Shown one piece after another: positions 45,208-53,391 of a stretch of 64,000 nucleotides of DNA. Under the pieces are notes generated by a model. That model did not search any database. It was not told the DNA's origin and saw only the letters and a list, made by a program, of their open reading frames with translations. Source of the DNA: a virus (lineage: Duplodnaviria > Caudoviricetes). The stretch is taken from the IMG/VR virus record IMGVR_UViG_3300010429_001449; one strand, written 5' to 3'. The position numbers were made by a program, and so were the translations under genes. Within the stretch, counting starts at the first letter, position 1. Each line of letters starts with the position of its first letter.

Positions 45208-46557
45208 CTAGTAAAGCTCTCCTCGCATCTGAAGGGTCACGTCAATGAGCCGCTCCAGAAGGAAATTCTGGAACGAGCGCGTCTTGTCCGTCGCGTGAGA
45301 GAGGCCGTGGCCGTACTCTTCCGCCAACGTTTCTGCCACTTCACGGACGCCCTTCGGGAAAACGCTCTTGCTGAGGCCAACAACCTTCAACGACTCGAAG
45401 TAACGGCCCAGCGTGAGATCGTCCTTCTCCCTGTAAATGCGAACCGGGAATCGATCCACGGTGTCCTGACCCAGTGCCGTCGCGCAAATGGCCTTGGCGA
45501 CTTCAACGACCTGTCGCTCGCGCTCCGTCCATTCGGATTCTTCGATGAAACGGATGCCTTCGCAGGCGTGCTCGCCGACGACCTCTTCTACCGTCGGAAC
45601 GCCCGCCTTTTTCAAAGCGGTGCGCCACTTGTCGGAACGGACAACGACCGGCTTCTTCCGAACTTCAAGCGCGGACTCCACCGCGTTGTTGTTGTCCATA
45701 CAGATGACGGCTTCCTCGCCGTATCGCTTGTGGAACGCCTTCGTCCACGCAGCGTCCATCGAGTACCACGACCAGTCCAAGTCGCCCTCGGCCTTCCCTT
45801 CAAACGCGCCGTCCATAAGCAGGCCAAGCAACTGTTCGGCAGTCGCCTCGTCGGTCTGAGCGAAAACATAACGAATCTGATGGCGAACCTCCCACGTGTC
45901 CGCCGTGCGCGTTTCGCTGAGGCGGAGATTGTACAGGTCGTAATTGAAGTAAAGGTCGTCCATCTCCTGCACGAATACGCCGCGCCGATAGACGCGCCCT
46001 TTGCCCTCGGCCTTACCAAGAATCCGCCCCTGCGAAGAATCGGAAGGATCGTAGGGACGGAAGTAGTCGCCAAGATTCTTGACGATCTTGACAAGATCGG
46101 GAGACGCCGTAATCCAGAAACGAGTCGTGCCGGGCACGCCGGTCGGCTTGTCATGCACGATGGCGATGCCCGCCCCACCCTCGTCAAGGGCGTTGGCGTA
46201 GAACTCGCGGATGATGAACCACGGATTTGTCCAGTGCTGTGCGCCAAACTGATCCGTCAGGCTCAGGCGTACCAGCTTCGGCGGCTTGCCGGGAACCTTC
46301 GCGCTGTACGCAATCCTGTTGAAGTCGCCGCGCTCGGTCTTCTCCACGACCGTCTTGAACTCGAAAGAGCTTTCGCCAGAGAAAGCAACGACCTGCAGCC
46401 CCAAACGCATCGCCTGCGCCAGAGCATAGTCGCTGCCGGACCCGAAGACGCCAATCTTGCCGTCCTCGCCTGTCTTCGAGGTCGCGCCAATCATCTCCAA
46501 CAGCCGAACGTCAACTTCACCTGCGTTTTCGATCCTAATCCATTTGCCGTTGCGCAT
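45208..46557 (-). CDS. GHKL-related ATPase-like protein with C-terminal EExxH
   Basis: GATSK...IGVFGSG, REFYANALDE, EEYGH. Confidence 0.65.
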   Translation of the reverse strand: MRNGKWIRIENAGEVDVRLLEMIGATSKTGEDGKIGVFGSGSDYALAQAMRLGLQVVAFSGESSFEFKTVVEKTERGDFNRIAYSAKVPGKPPKLVRLSLTDQFGAQHWTNPWFIIREFYANALDEGGAGIAIVHDKPTGVPGTTRFWITASPDLVKIVKNLGDYFRPYDPSDSSQGRILGKAEGKGRVYRRGVFVQEMDDLYFNYDLYNLRLSETRTADTWEVRHQIRYVFAQTDEATAEQLLGLLMDGAFEGKAEGDLDWSWYSMDAAWTKAFHKRYGEEAVICMDNNNAVESALEVRKKPVVVRSDKWRTALKKAGVPTVEEVVGEHACEGIRFIEESEWTERERQVVEVAKAICATALGQDTVDRFPVRIYREKDDLTLGRYFESLKVVGLSKSVFPKGVREVAETLAEEYGHGLSHATDKTRSFQNFLLERLIDVTLQMRGELY

Positions 46558-46598
46558 CTTTGTGTCTCCAAAAAGGTTGTTTGTCTGTCCACACTTCT

Positions 46599-46626
46599 AT
46601 TATAACAGCGGTGGCCGTTATGTCAA
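46599..46626 (-). promoter_or_regulatory. sigma70-type promoter
   Basis: TTGACA-16bp-TATAAT. Confidence 0.85.
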
Positions 46627-46646
46627 GTGTTTTTCCTGAAAAATAA

Positions 46647-47246
46647 CTAACCGTGGAGAAAATGCTTCCACGTCCCGTATTTCGGGTTTTCAGGTTTGAT
46701 GTTGACCAGGGGCGTGATTCGTGGGGCCACAGGACGGCGCAGGAGCTTCATAGAAGCCTCCAATGGTGTTCTACCACCTTTGCGCTTGTTGCAGTCCGTA
46801 CAGGCCGTCACAATGTTCTTCCAAGCGGTTCTGCCGCCCTGACTACGGGGCATTACATGATCTATGCTCAAGTCTTGCGAGGGAAACCGCTGACCGCAGT
46901 AGCAACATACGTTGCCGTCCCGCGCCAATACGTTGCGCCGATTGAACCGAGCGCCCTGCGCCGGAAGCTTGTCATACGTCAGGAGACGGATGACCTTCGG
47001 AACCTCAATACTCTGAGACACCCCCAGCACCCACTCGGAATCCGAATGCTCTCCATGATCAACGCGCCGCTGAGATTCATCCCTCCACGCCGGGAAGACA
47101 TAGTTGGAGAAATGACCCTCATCAACGGAAACAACTTCGGCGACTTCCTTGACCAACAAACAGAACGCCTTCCGCGCCGAAATCAAATGAATCGCGGTGT
47201 AGAACTTGTTCAAAACCAGAACGCTTGTTTCCAGCACGCTCATCAA
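46647..47246 (-). CDS. HNH endonuclease (McrA-like)
   Basis: VLVLN, RD...CCYCG, IDHVMPRSQGG..WKNIVTAC..CN..KG. Confidence 0.9.
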   Translation of the reverse strand: MMSVLETSVLVLNKFYTAIHLISARKAFCLLVKEVAEVVSVDEGHFSNYVFPAWRDESQRRVDHGEHSDSEWVLGVSQSIEVPKVIRLLTYDKLPAQGARFNRRNVLARDGNVCCYCGQRFPSQDLSIDHVMPRSQGGRTAWKNIVTACTDCNKRKGGRTPLEASMKLLRRPVAPRITPLVNIKPENPKYGTWKHFLHG

Positions 47247-47279
47247 GAAACTCCTCTCTTGAAAACCTCACCTACCCCT

Positions 47280-47307
47280 ATTATAACAGCAAGAGAGGAA
47301 TTGTCAA
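47280..47307 (-). promoter_or_regulatory. sigma70-type promoter
   Basis: TTGACA-16bp-TATAAT. Confidence 0.85.
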
Positions 47308-47327
47308 GGTGAATATCGAGCGTATTT

Positions 47328-47618
47328 TCATCGCCCGCGCAGCATAGCCATAATCTCGATCAGAGGATCGAGCTTTTTCGTAGCGGCTTTTCGATCTTTA
47401 GCGTTCGTAGAGAAGGAATCGCAGGATTCGATCCAGATAGGGTCGAAGTTAAGGGGCCAGTTGCACCAGCCCTTCTGGACGCCCCACGAGGAACATCCAA
47501 CAACGGCCTTGTCCCAGCAGTTGCATCGCTTGTGGCAGTCGCCGGGAATGTCTCGGAGATGCGCACAATGTCCGTTCTGATAACACGGAGACGACGGAGA
47601 CGGAACTTTCTTAGACAC
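47328..47618 (-). CDS. Cys-rich hypothetical protein
   Basis: Multiple Cys, WPLNFDPIW. Confidence 0.65.
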   Translation of the reverse strand: MSKKVPSPSSPCYQNGHCAHLRDIPGDCHKRCNCWDKAVVGCSSWGVQKGWCNWPLNFDPIWIESCDSFSTNAKDRKAATKKLDPLIEIMAMLRGR

Positions 47619-48015
47619 GTTCGGCCCCTTTCGCGTCCTCGATCAGAGTCTCGAACTGAACAATGATGTTCTTGTCAAATGGCTTTGGAATAAATCCGGC
47701 TGCGCCGAGTTTATCTACGGCGGAAAAGACCCACTGTCCAGACATGACGACAATCGGAATTGAACGCGCCACAGCCTCCCGCACCAAAGCCGCGCCGCTG
47801 ACTTCAGACGCAAGACACCCTGGCACGGACGGGAAATTCCAGTCGGAAAGAACAGCGTCGAACGGCTCTTTCTCCAACGAAGCAAGCGCGGCCTTAAAAT
47901 CAGAGACCGCAACGACACGATAACCGGCCTTCTCGAAGGCGTTGCTCAGATCGGCGAGAAGCCACGAGTCGTCTTCGACGATCAGCATGACCTTTTTTTG
48001 TGCGGAATCACGCAT
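47611..48015 (-). CDS. stand-alone response-regulator receiver domain
   Basis: LIVEDD, LSD(W) phospho-Asp, MSG, KPF. Confidence 0.85.
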   Translation of the reverse strand: MRDSAQKKVMLIVEDDSWLLADLSNAFEKAGYRVVAVSDFKAALASLEKEPFDAVLSDWNFPSVPGCLASEVSGAALVREAVARSIPIVVMSGQWVFSAVDKLGAAGFIPKPFDKNIIVQFETLIEDAKGAERV

Positions 48016-48037
48016 GACAAATCTCCTGAAAAGAGGG

Positions 48038-48412
48038 TTAGGGACTCTCAGCGGGACGTTCTGAACGACGCATAACCAGCAAGAACTTCGAGGACGCGGG
48101 CGTGGTCTGCACAATGGGCATTGGTTGCGAATTGACATAAATAACCGTTACCTGTGTCCCCGGACTGCCCGTGTCCACCGTCACCTTGTCCAGAACATAT
48201 CCGTCCTCCGACCACTTCTTCTGAACAGCACGCACGTGCTCCAACGAGTAAAGTACGGCGCTTCTGACCGCGCCGCAGCTTTTGTCGTTCATTGCCACGT
48301 CGTAAGCGCGACGCGGGATGACTACAATGGACGCGATCATCACGCCGATGATTACCACAATGGACACAACAACCAGAATTTCGATGAGTGTGACACCTTT
48401 TGGTTTGTACAT
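48038..48412 (-). CDS. prepilin-type N-terminal cleavage/methylation protein
   Basis: MYKPKG|VTLIEILVVVSIVVIIG. Confidence 0.8.
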   Translation of the reverse strand: MYKPKGVTLIEILVVVSIVVIIGVMIASIVVIPRRAYDVAMNDKSCGAVRSAVLYSLEHVRAVQKKWSEDGYVLDKVTVDTGSPGTQVTVIYVNSQPMPIVQTTPASSKFLLVMRRSERPAESP

Positions 48413-48423
48413 GACAGTCTCCG

Positions 48424-48738
48424 TTATGCGTTGCCCTTCCGCTCTTCGGGAGTCATCAAAGATACCTCCCGCACAAGCGTCTCGAACACCTTTCGAGAAG
48501 GAAACGCGCCGGTCATAGCGCATCCGACACAGACGTTACACAAAATCATAGCGTCTGCGTCCGGAAGAAATGCCATTTTGAACTCTTCGGTTGAGCAGCG
48601 CGGCGAAATCCAGAAACCGTCCTTTTCCGGCGCGTGACTCAACTCAAAACCATCGCCTTCGCCGTCCGTGTACACAACACTCGGCGGCAAACCATCGTGC
48701 GCATCCTTGTAGGTCCAACTCATCGGAGTCTCCTTCAA
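48424..48738 (-). CDS. hypothetical protein
   Basis: ORF in operon. Confidence 0.55.
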   Translation of the reverse strand: MKETPMSWTYKDAHDGLPPSVVYTDGEGDGFELSHAPEKDGFWISPRCSTEEFKMAFLPDADAMILCNVCVGCAMTGAFPSRKVFETLVREVSLMTPEERKGNA

Positions 48739-48765
48739 GATGAGTCTCTTGGCTAGAGACTTGAA

Positions 48766-48984
48766 TCAGAGTGGCATCACTCCGTAGTAAACGCAAACGG
48801 GCGCGTCGTCTGAGCAGACCTTTTCTACGCGCTGAATAGGGCCAAGAAGCAAGGCAGGATCGCCACTCCCGGCATCCTCCATAACCCGTCTTTCCAGAAG
48901 ACGAACAGCTTCCTGTTCGTCGTTTGCCAAACAGACAGCGACGCCTTCTGCGTCCTCACCGAAAGTGATTTTGTACAGAGTCAT
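48766..48984 (-). CDS. hypothetical protein
   Basis: Coupled ORF. Confidence 0.55.
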   Translation of the reverse strand: MTLYKITFGEDAEGVAVCLANDEQEAVRLLERRVMEDAGSGDPALLLGPIQRVEKVCSDDAPVCVYYGVMPL

Positions 48985-49349
48985 TCTGACGATCCTTTCT
49001 CTGAACCCGAAAGTGCCTTAAACGCCTCTCGGAGCACCTGGCGGCGGCGAGGAACAATGCCGTTCGAGTCGCACTGAGGGCATCTTCCGCAAGGGCCGTA
49101 GTCATGGCACGTACAAGGCAGCGAGACCACGTCGAAATAGTCTTCCACAGCCTTCTGCAACGCCGCCAGCTTCTGAAGTTCGTTAGAAGACGGAATACGG
49201 ACATACTCCGCGACACGATCCTCTACATCGGAAGTGGGCCGCATCTTTCCATCACAACCACGCAGCATCAAAACGTGCGCGACCAAGTCCCCGCCGGGCA
49301 GCCCTACGACGTAGTAGTAACCGTCTTCCGTAATATCCTTAAATCTCAT
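48981..49349 (-). CDS. hypothetical protein
   Basis: Coupled ORF. Confidence 0.6.
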   Translation of the reverse strand: MRFKDITEDGYYYVVGLPGGDLVAHVLMLRGCDGKMRPTSDVEDRVAEYVRIPSSNELQKLAALQKAVEDYFDVVSLPCTCHDYGPCGRCPQCDSNGIVPRRRQVLREAFKALSGSEKGSSE

Positions 49350-49579
49350 TTCGCGTACTCCTCAAACGGTTTAAGGGCTTTGCGCAGCACAGCCGCGTCA
49401 TCGTCGTGCATCGCCCACGCGTACGTATAAAGAGCTTCGTCCGCCGCCTTGACCAGCGCAACAAAAGCAGCACGGTCAACAACGACGGATTCAACGCCCT
49501 TCCGCTGTTCGCAGGCGCGACACACAAAGCCTACGTCGCCAGTACCCATCTCGCGCCCACAAGAAGTGCAGTTACTCAT
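49346..49579 (-). CDS. small Zn-finger protein
   Basis: CTSCG...CRAC. Confidence 0.6.
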   Translation of the reverse strand: MSNCTSCGREMGTGDVGFVCRACEQRKGVESVVVDRAAFVALVKAADEALYTYAWAMHDDDAAVLRKALKPFEEYAK

Positions 49580-49604
49580 TACGGCATCCTTCCTTCCTGC
49601 TCTT

Positions 49605-49632
49605 AGTATAACAGCGGGATAACTATTGTCAA
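49605..49632 (-). promoter_or_regulatory. sigma70-type promoter
   Basis: TTGACA-16bp-TATACT. Confidence 0.85.
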
Positions 49633-49648
49633 GAGGATTTCTGAGAAA

Positions 49649-50356
49649 TCAGACGGAATATGAGGGCGAGACGGAGTCGCTGATCCAATCCAGCGGTTCG
49701 GAGAGCAGGAATACTCGGAAGAACTCATCGTAATAGATTTGCGCGAAGCGTTCATCGTCTATGAACAGGATGTTTTCCAACGAGCGGCGACTGGTAGCGG
49801 TAATGTTGAACGAGCCGGTCAGGAGTGCCTTTGGAACAAGGGTACCTTTAACGTAATCAAGAAAGACGAGAAACTTGTGGTGCATTCGCGGGCCGAAACG
49901 GTCTTCGCTAGGCGAGGCGGCTCCGACACAACGAATCGAGGCGGGTCCGGCTGCGCCAGGCAGGGCCTTTAGAGCACGCATACCGGGAAGCCGACCGAGA
50001 CGGGGATTTGGTTGAGCCAGTTTGCCGTAACGACGGCGCAACTCGGACGCCCAGTTCGAGTCAGCACCGTCGGGGCGAAGGAAGTCTTCCTTATTAATGA
50101 CGATTGAGACAACATCGAGAGAGGCCAACGTCTCTAGGATAGGAATATCCGTCAACCACGCCACGCACCCCGCGACGGCGGGATAACTCTCAAGCAAAAT
50201 CTCAATGCAGTTGCCGATGTTCTCGAAACAGGCCGCCCCTACGCCGATATTGGACTGGAATAGCATCTGCTCCCGCGCTTTTTGAAACAGAGACGCATTA
50301 CCGGCGTGTCGCCGCAAAAGCTCGTTCAGATCAACAGGCTCGGAAGGGAAAGACAT
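49649..50356 (-). CDS. phospholipase D-like (HKD) nuclease-family protein
   Basis: VAWLT, MHHKFLVF, TGSFN, EN. Confidence 0.8.
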   Translation of the reverse strand: MSFPSEPVDLNELLRRHAGNASLFQKAREQMLFQSNIGVGAACFENIGNCIEILLESYPAVAGCVAWLTDIPILETLASLDVVSIVINKEDFLRPDGADSNWASELRRRYGKLAQPNPRLGRLPGMRALKALPGAAGPASIRCVGAASPSEDRFGPRMHHKFLVFLDYVKGTLVPKALLTGSFNITATSRRSLENILFIDDERFAQIYYDEFFRVFLLSEPLDWISDSVSPSYSV

Positions 50357-50357
50357 C

Positions 50358-50603
50358 TTAATCCGATCCGGCAGACAATGCCTTGCCCGCCCAGTCTACA
50401 CGAGACGAACGCTTAGGAGAAACAGCCTCGAAGAATTCGCTCGACGCAACATCAGACGCAACCAAGTTGCCTTTATCATCAAAACGCACGCGGCGTACTT
50501 TGCGATCAGGACGAACGCGAGAAACAACAGACGCCAGTTTCCTTTCGACGATAGCCAAGTCGCTAAAATCCGTCGGTTGAAATCCCTTTCGTCGTTCCGT
50601 CAT
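50358..50603 (-). CDS. small hypothetical protein with C-terminal DW..AL motif
   Basis: Coupled ORF ending RVDWAGKALS. Confidence 0.6.
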   Translation of the reverse strand: MTERRKGFQPTDFSDLAIVERKLASVVSRVRPDRKVRRVRFDDKGNLVASDVASSEFFEAVSPKRSSRVDWAGKALSAGSD

Positions 50604-53065
50604 CGCTTACTCCGTTTCTCTTTATAAGAGTCAAAAACATCTTTGCTGTCGCCGGAAAGATCGAACGTCCCGAACCAACGCGCCCCCAACATGGCCGCCT
50701 TCCCAAAACGCCTGTATTTCACGGCGTCTTCCAAAACATCGTCCGACATGTTTCGCTTTTTTTTGAAAACGTCGCGTATAACACCGTCAAATTCAGGAGG
50801 CAGGTCGAAACAGAATGTGGCGTGATCAAACGCCGTGATTCCGACGCTAGAGTCATACTTGTAAGAGTCAAGCAATTCCTCGTGACGATCATCATCAATA
50901 AGACCGGCGCGAAGCGCTTTGTCTAAAACCGTCTCGAACATCTCGGTAATTCTGTACTCGTTGTCTTCGCGGTCTGAGTCAGACTCGAAATCAACACCCA
51001 TAAGCGCCCAAGCATATCCGCCAACAGATTTATTGGCTTCCAATCTCATGTGCCCCACGCCCGCCTGAGACGCTAAGGAGATAGCCCTTTCAAACAAATT
51101 CATGCCTATGCCCTGCCCCTGCTTGGACGCAATAACATCCATGAACCGCAAGTGCAAGCTGTCCTGCTGAAAAGCCATCTCAAATCTCGCGGCCTCTGAC
51201 CCGGAAGAATCAGACAAAGCAACCTCGAAAACGACACCCTCCCCTTCCTCGAACCAGTATTGAGTCACATCTGTATCATAGCCTTCCACCTTGAACAGCG
51301 ATGGCAGCGCGTCTCTATTAGGAACATGAGGATAATCTTCGGCGTAGCGTTGAGCCTCATCCTCACTTTCAGTCTCTTCGAGATAGTAGGAATACGCATC
51401 CATCCAGATATTCTCAGGCGGAGTATCCTCTGCGGGAACGGCTTGTTCTTCAGCCTCCGGTTCTTCATCAACAGCTTCTTCCGCCTCATAGTCCTCGCCA
51501 AGAATGTCTTTGATATCAACGGGATAAATCTCCACGTCGGAAGCATCTATGGTCACGTCGGGACGTTTGCGCCAAGAATAGCCGCCGCCCGTTTCGTAGA
51601 CAGACGCGGGAATGTCCACAGAAAAGGCCCGCTTGCCGTCGTGAACAAAGAGATAGGCGTGATCGTCGCCCTCCTGTCCGCCTTCCACAACCTCAAAACC
51701 CAACTCGGAAAGAATTCCGCTCATCGCGTTGGCTACCGCGTCGCAAATGCCCCCGCCACCATAGTCGTCGAATTCGTCATCAGGACTCCAGTCGTCATAG
51801 ACGCGCTGCGCGGCCTCGGCAAGACGGGATTTCTGGTCGTTTAGATACGACTTCAAGTCCTTATCCCCCAGCCTGCGTATGTCCGGAGGCTTCTCCTCCT
51901 GCGCCCGTTGTTCTTCCATAAAGCCGAATTCGCGCTGACCCGGCTTGGCGGCTTGGGCTGCGTCCGCCACAGAATCGATAGCAGCCCCAGTAGTCACCTG
52001 CCATTCGTCGTGCTTTTTAGAACGAGTACCATAAGCTCCGTCTTTTGGTGTAACACGCACTAAAGATATATTGCGCGGATCAACAGACGCCGTGGCCGTT
52101 GCATCACCGTAGAAACTCGGGTGCTCCCGCCCTCCAGCGCCCTCACGCCCAAGCGTCCACCTATTCATAAAATCCTTGCGGTCGGAGTAAACCCTATCAA
52201 GAGAAGGATTGCGCCACTCATGGTAACGTCTGTCAGCCCCCGATCCTTCTCCAGATGACTCTACCGGAATCCAATCAGACGAAACCTCCCCGCGCTTTTT
52301 TGGTGATGTCCATTCCGTAGCGTAACCATCAATTAATGCCTGCATCGCCTCCGGGATAGGTTTCCCCGGCGACCATCTCCTGTCATTCAGAACAAAAGAA
52401 GACAGAAACGGCTGTTTAGCACCCTTCCCATCAGCGGCGTCTTGGATTAATTGAGCAATGCTGTAGTCGCCCCGCAACACCCCTACATAAAGACGCACGT
52501 CGTCAAGAATGCCTAATGCCGTTTCCCTATTATCAGTAAGACTGACGCGGTTCGTATGACCGCCCAAGCCAGCGCCGCTGTGTCCAACCTCACCGCGCTT
52601 GAATCCTAACTCTTCGTTAGTGCGTAAGCCTTCGCGGAGTACTGCCGGAAGATTAGTCGTAACATGGTATAAAGTTTCGGGGAGAGGAGACCAATCCGCA
52701 GAGTGACTGTAACCAAGGTCTCTAGCCTTGTCGGGCGTTAAATCGCCCACAGACAAGGCGTACTCCACAGCATCGATCCACTCACCCATCTTTTCTTCAT
52801 TCTGAGGATCACGTGCGTAATCGCTAAGAGATTGTGACCATATTTCCTTACGGCGCGTGCCCTCCTGCGATTCGCGGTGCGCACGCGATTCCTCGTCCTT
52901 CTTCGGGGGGACAGCGTGCTCGGCGTCGGTTGTACGACCGCGCTCGTCTCGACAATGCGTTCCCGGACCCGATCCTTCGCCAAAACCACAGGGCGCGGGT
53001 TCCTTCTTGCCTTCCTCTTCGGAGGCTTTGGCGAGGGCGTAACCGAGCCAGTCATACGCCTTCAT
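50600..53065 (-). CDS. YDW-leader polyvalent protein (ART-like and GNAT-like domains)
   Basis: LYHVT...LREGL...VSLT...EW (ADP-ribosyltransferase-like); QGQGIG...EAN..VGGYAWA (GNAT-like). Confidence 0.7.
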   Translation of the reverse strand: MKAYDWLGYALAKASEEEGKKEPAPCGFGEGSGPGTHCRDERGRTTDAEHAVPPKKDEESRAHRESQEGTRRKEIWSQSLSDYARDPQNEEKMGEWIDAVEYALSVGDLTPDKARDLGYSHSADWSPLPETLYHVTTNLPAVLREGLRTNEELGFKRGEVGHSGAGLGGHTNRVSLTDNRETALGILDDVRLYVGVLRGDYSIAQLIQDAADGKGAKQPFLSSFVLNDRRWSPGKPIPEAMQALIDGYATEWTSPKKRGEVSSDWIPVESSGEGSGADRRYHEWRNPSLDRVYSDRKDFMNRWTLGREGAGGREHPSFYGDATATASVDPRNISLVRVTPKDGAYGTRSKKHDEWQVTTGAAIDSVADAAQAAKPGQREFGFMEEQRAQEEKPPDIRRLGDKDLKSYLNDQKSRLAEAAQRVYDDWSPDDEFDDYGGGGICDAVANAMSGILSELGFEVVEGGQEGDDHAYLFVHDGKRAFSVDIPASVYETGGGYSWRKRPDVTIDASDVEIYPVDIKDILGEDYEAEEAVDEEPEAEEQAVPAEDTPPENIWMDAYSYYLEETESEDEAQRYAEDYPHVPNRDALPSLFKVEGYDTDVTQYWFEEGEGVVFEVALSDSSGSEAARFEMAFQQDSLHLRFMDVIASKQGQGIGMNLFERAISLASQAGVGHMRLEANKSVGGYAWALMGVDFESDSDREDNEYRITEMFETVLDKALRAGLIDDDRHEELLDSYKYDSSVGITAFDHATFCFDLPPEFDGVIRDVFKKKRNMSDDVLEDAVKYRRFGKAAMLGARWFGTFDLSGDSKDVFDSYKEKRSKR

Positions 53066-53391
53066 TGAACCGACCCCTCCTCCGGCTGCGCCGTGTATTC
53101 GGGGTCTTCTACATAAAAACGCCACTCGAAGCCTTTGTCGCGGCAGAAGGCAAAGACAGCCTGTTTAACGCCCTCCCAGTAATGCTCGACGCTTTTGGGA
53201 GTGATGCCTCCGACAATCGCAACGCCATACGAATTCTCGAAAATGGCCGCCTCGAACTCCTTAAGGTACGGACCTAAATACGGACCCCACAACCGAACCT
53301 TCTTGAGCGTCCATGACGACGGATTATCCCAGTCGCCAGCTACTGCCGCGACTACACGCTCGCCGTGCATGATGGCTATGAGATATTCCAC
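53062..53391 (-). CDS. hypothetical protein
   Basis: Coupled between two YDW genes. Confidence 0.65.
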   Translation of the reverse strand: MEYLIAIMHGERVVAAVAGDWDNPSSWTLKKVRLWGPYLGPYLKEFEAAIFENSYGVAIVGGITPKSVEHYWEGVKQAVFAFCRDKGFEWRFYVEDPEYTAQPEEGSVQ

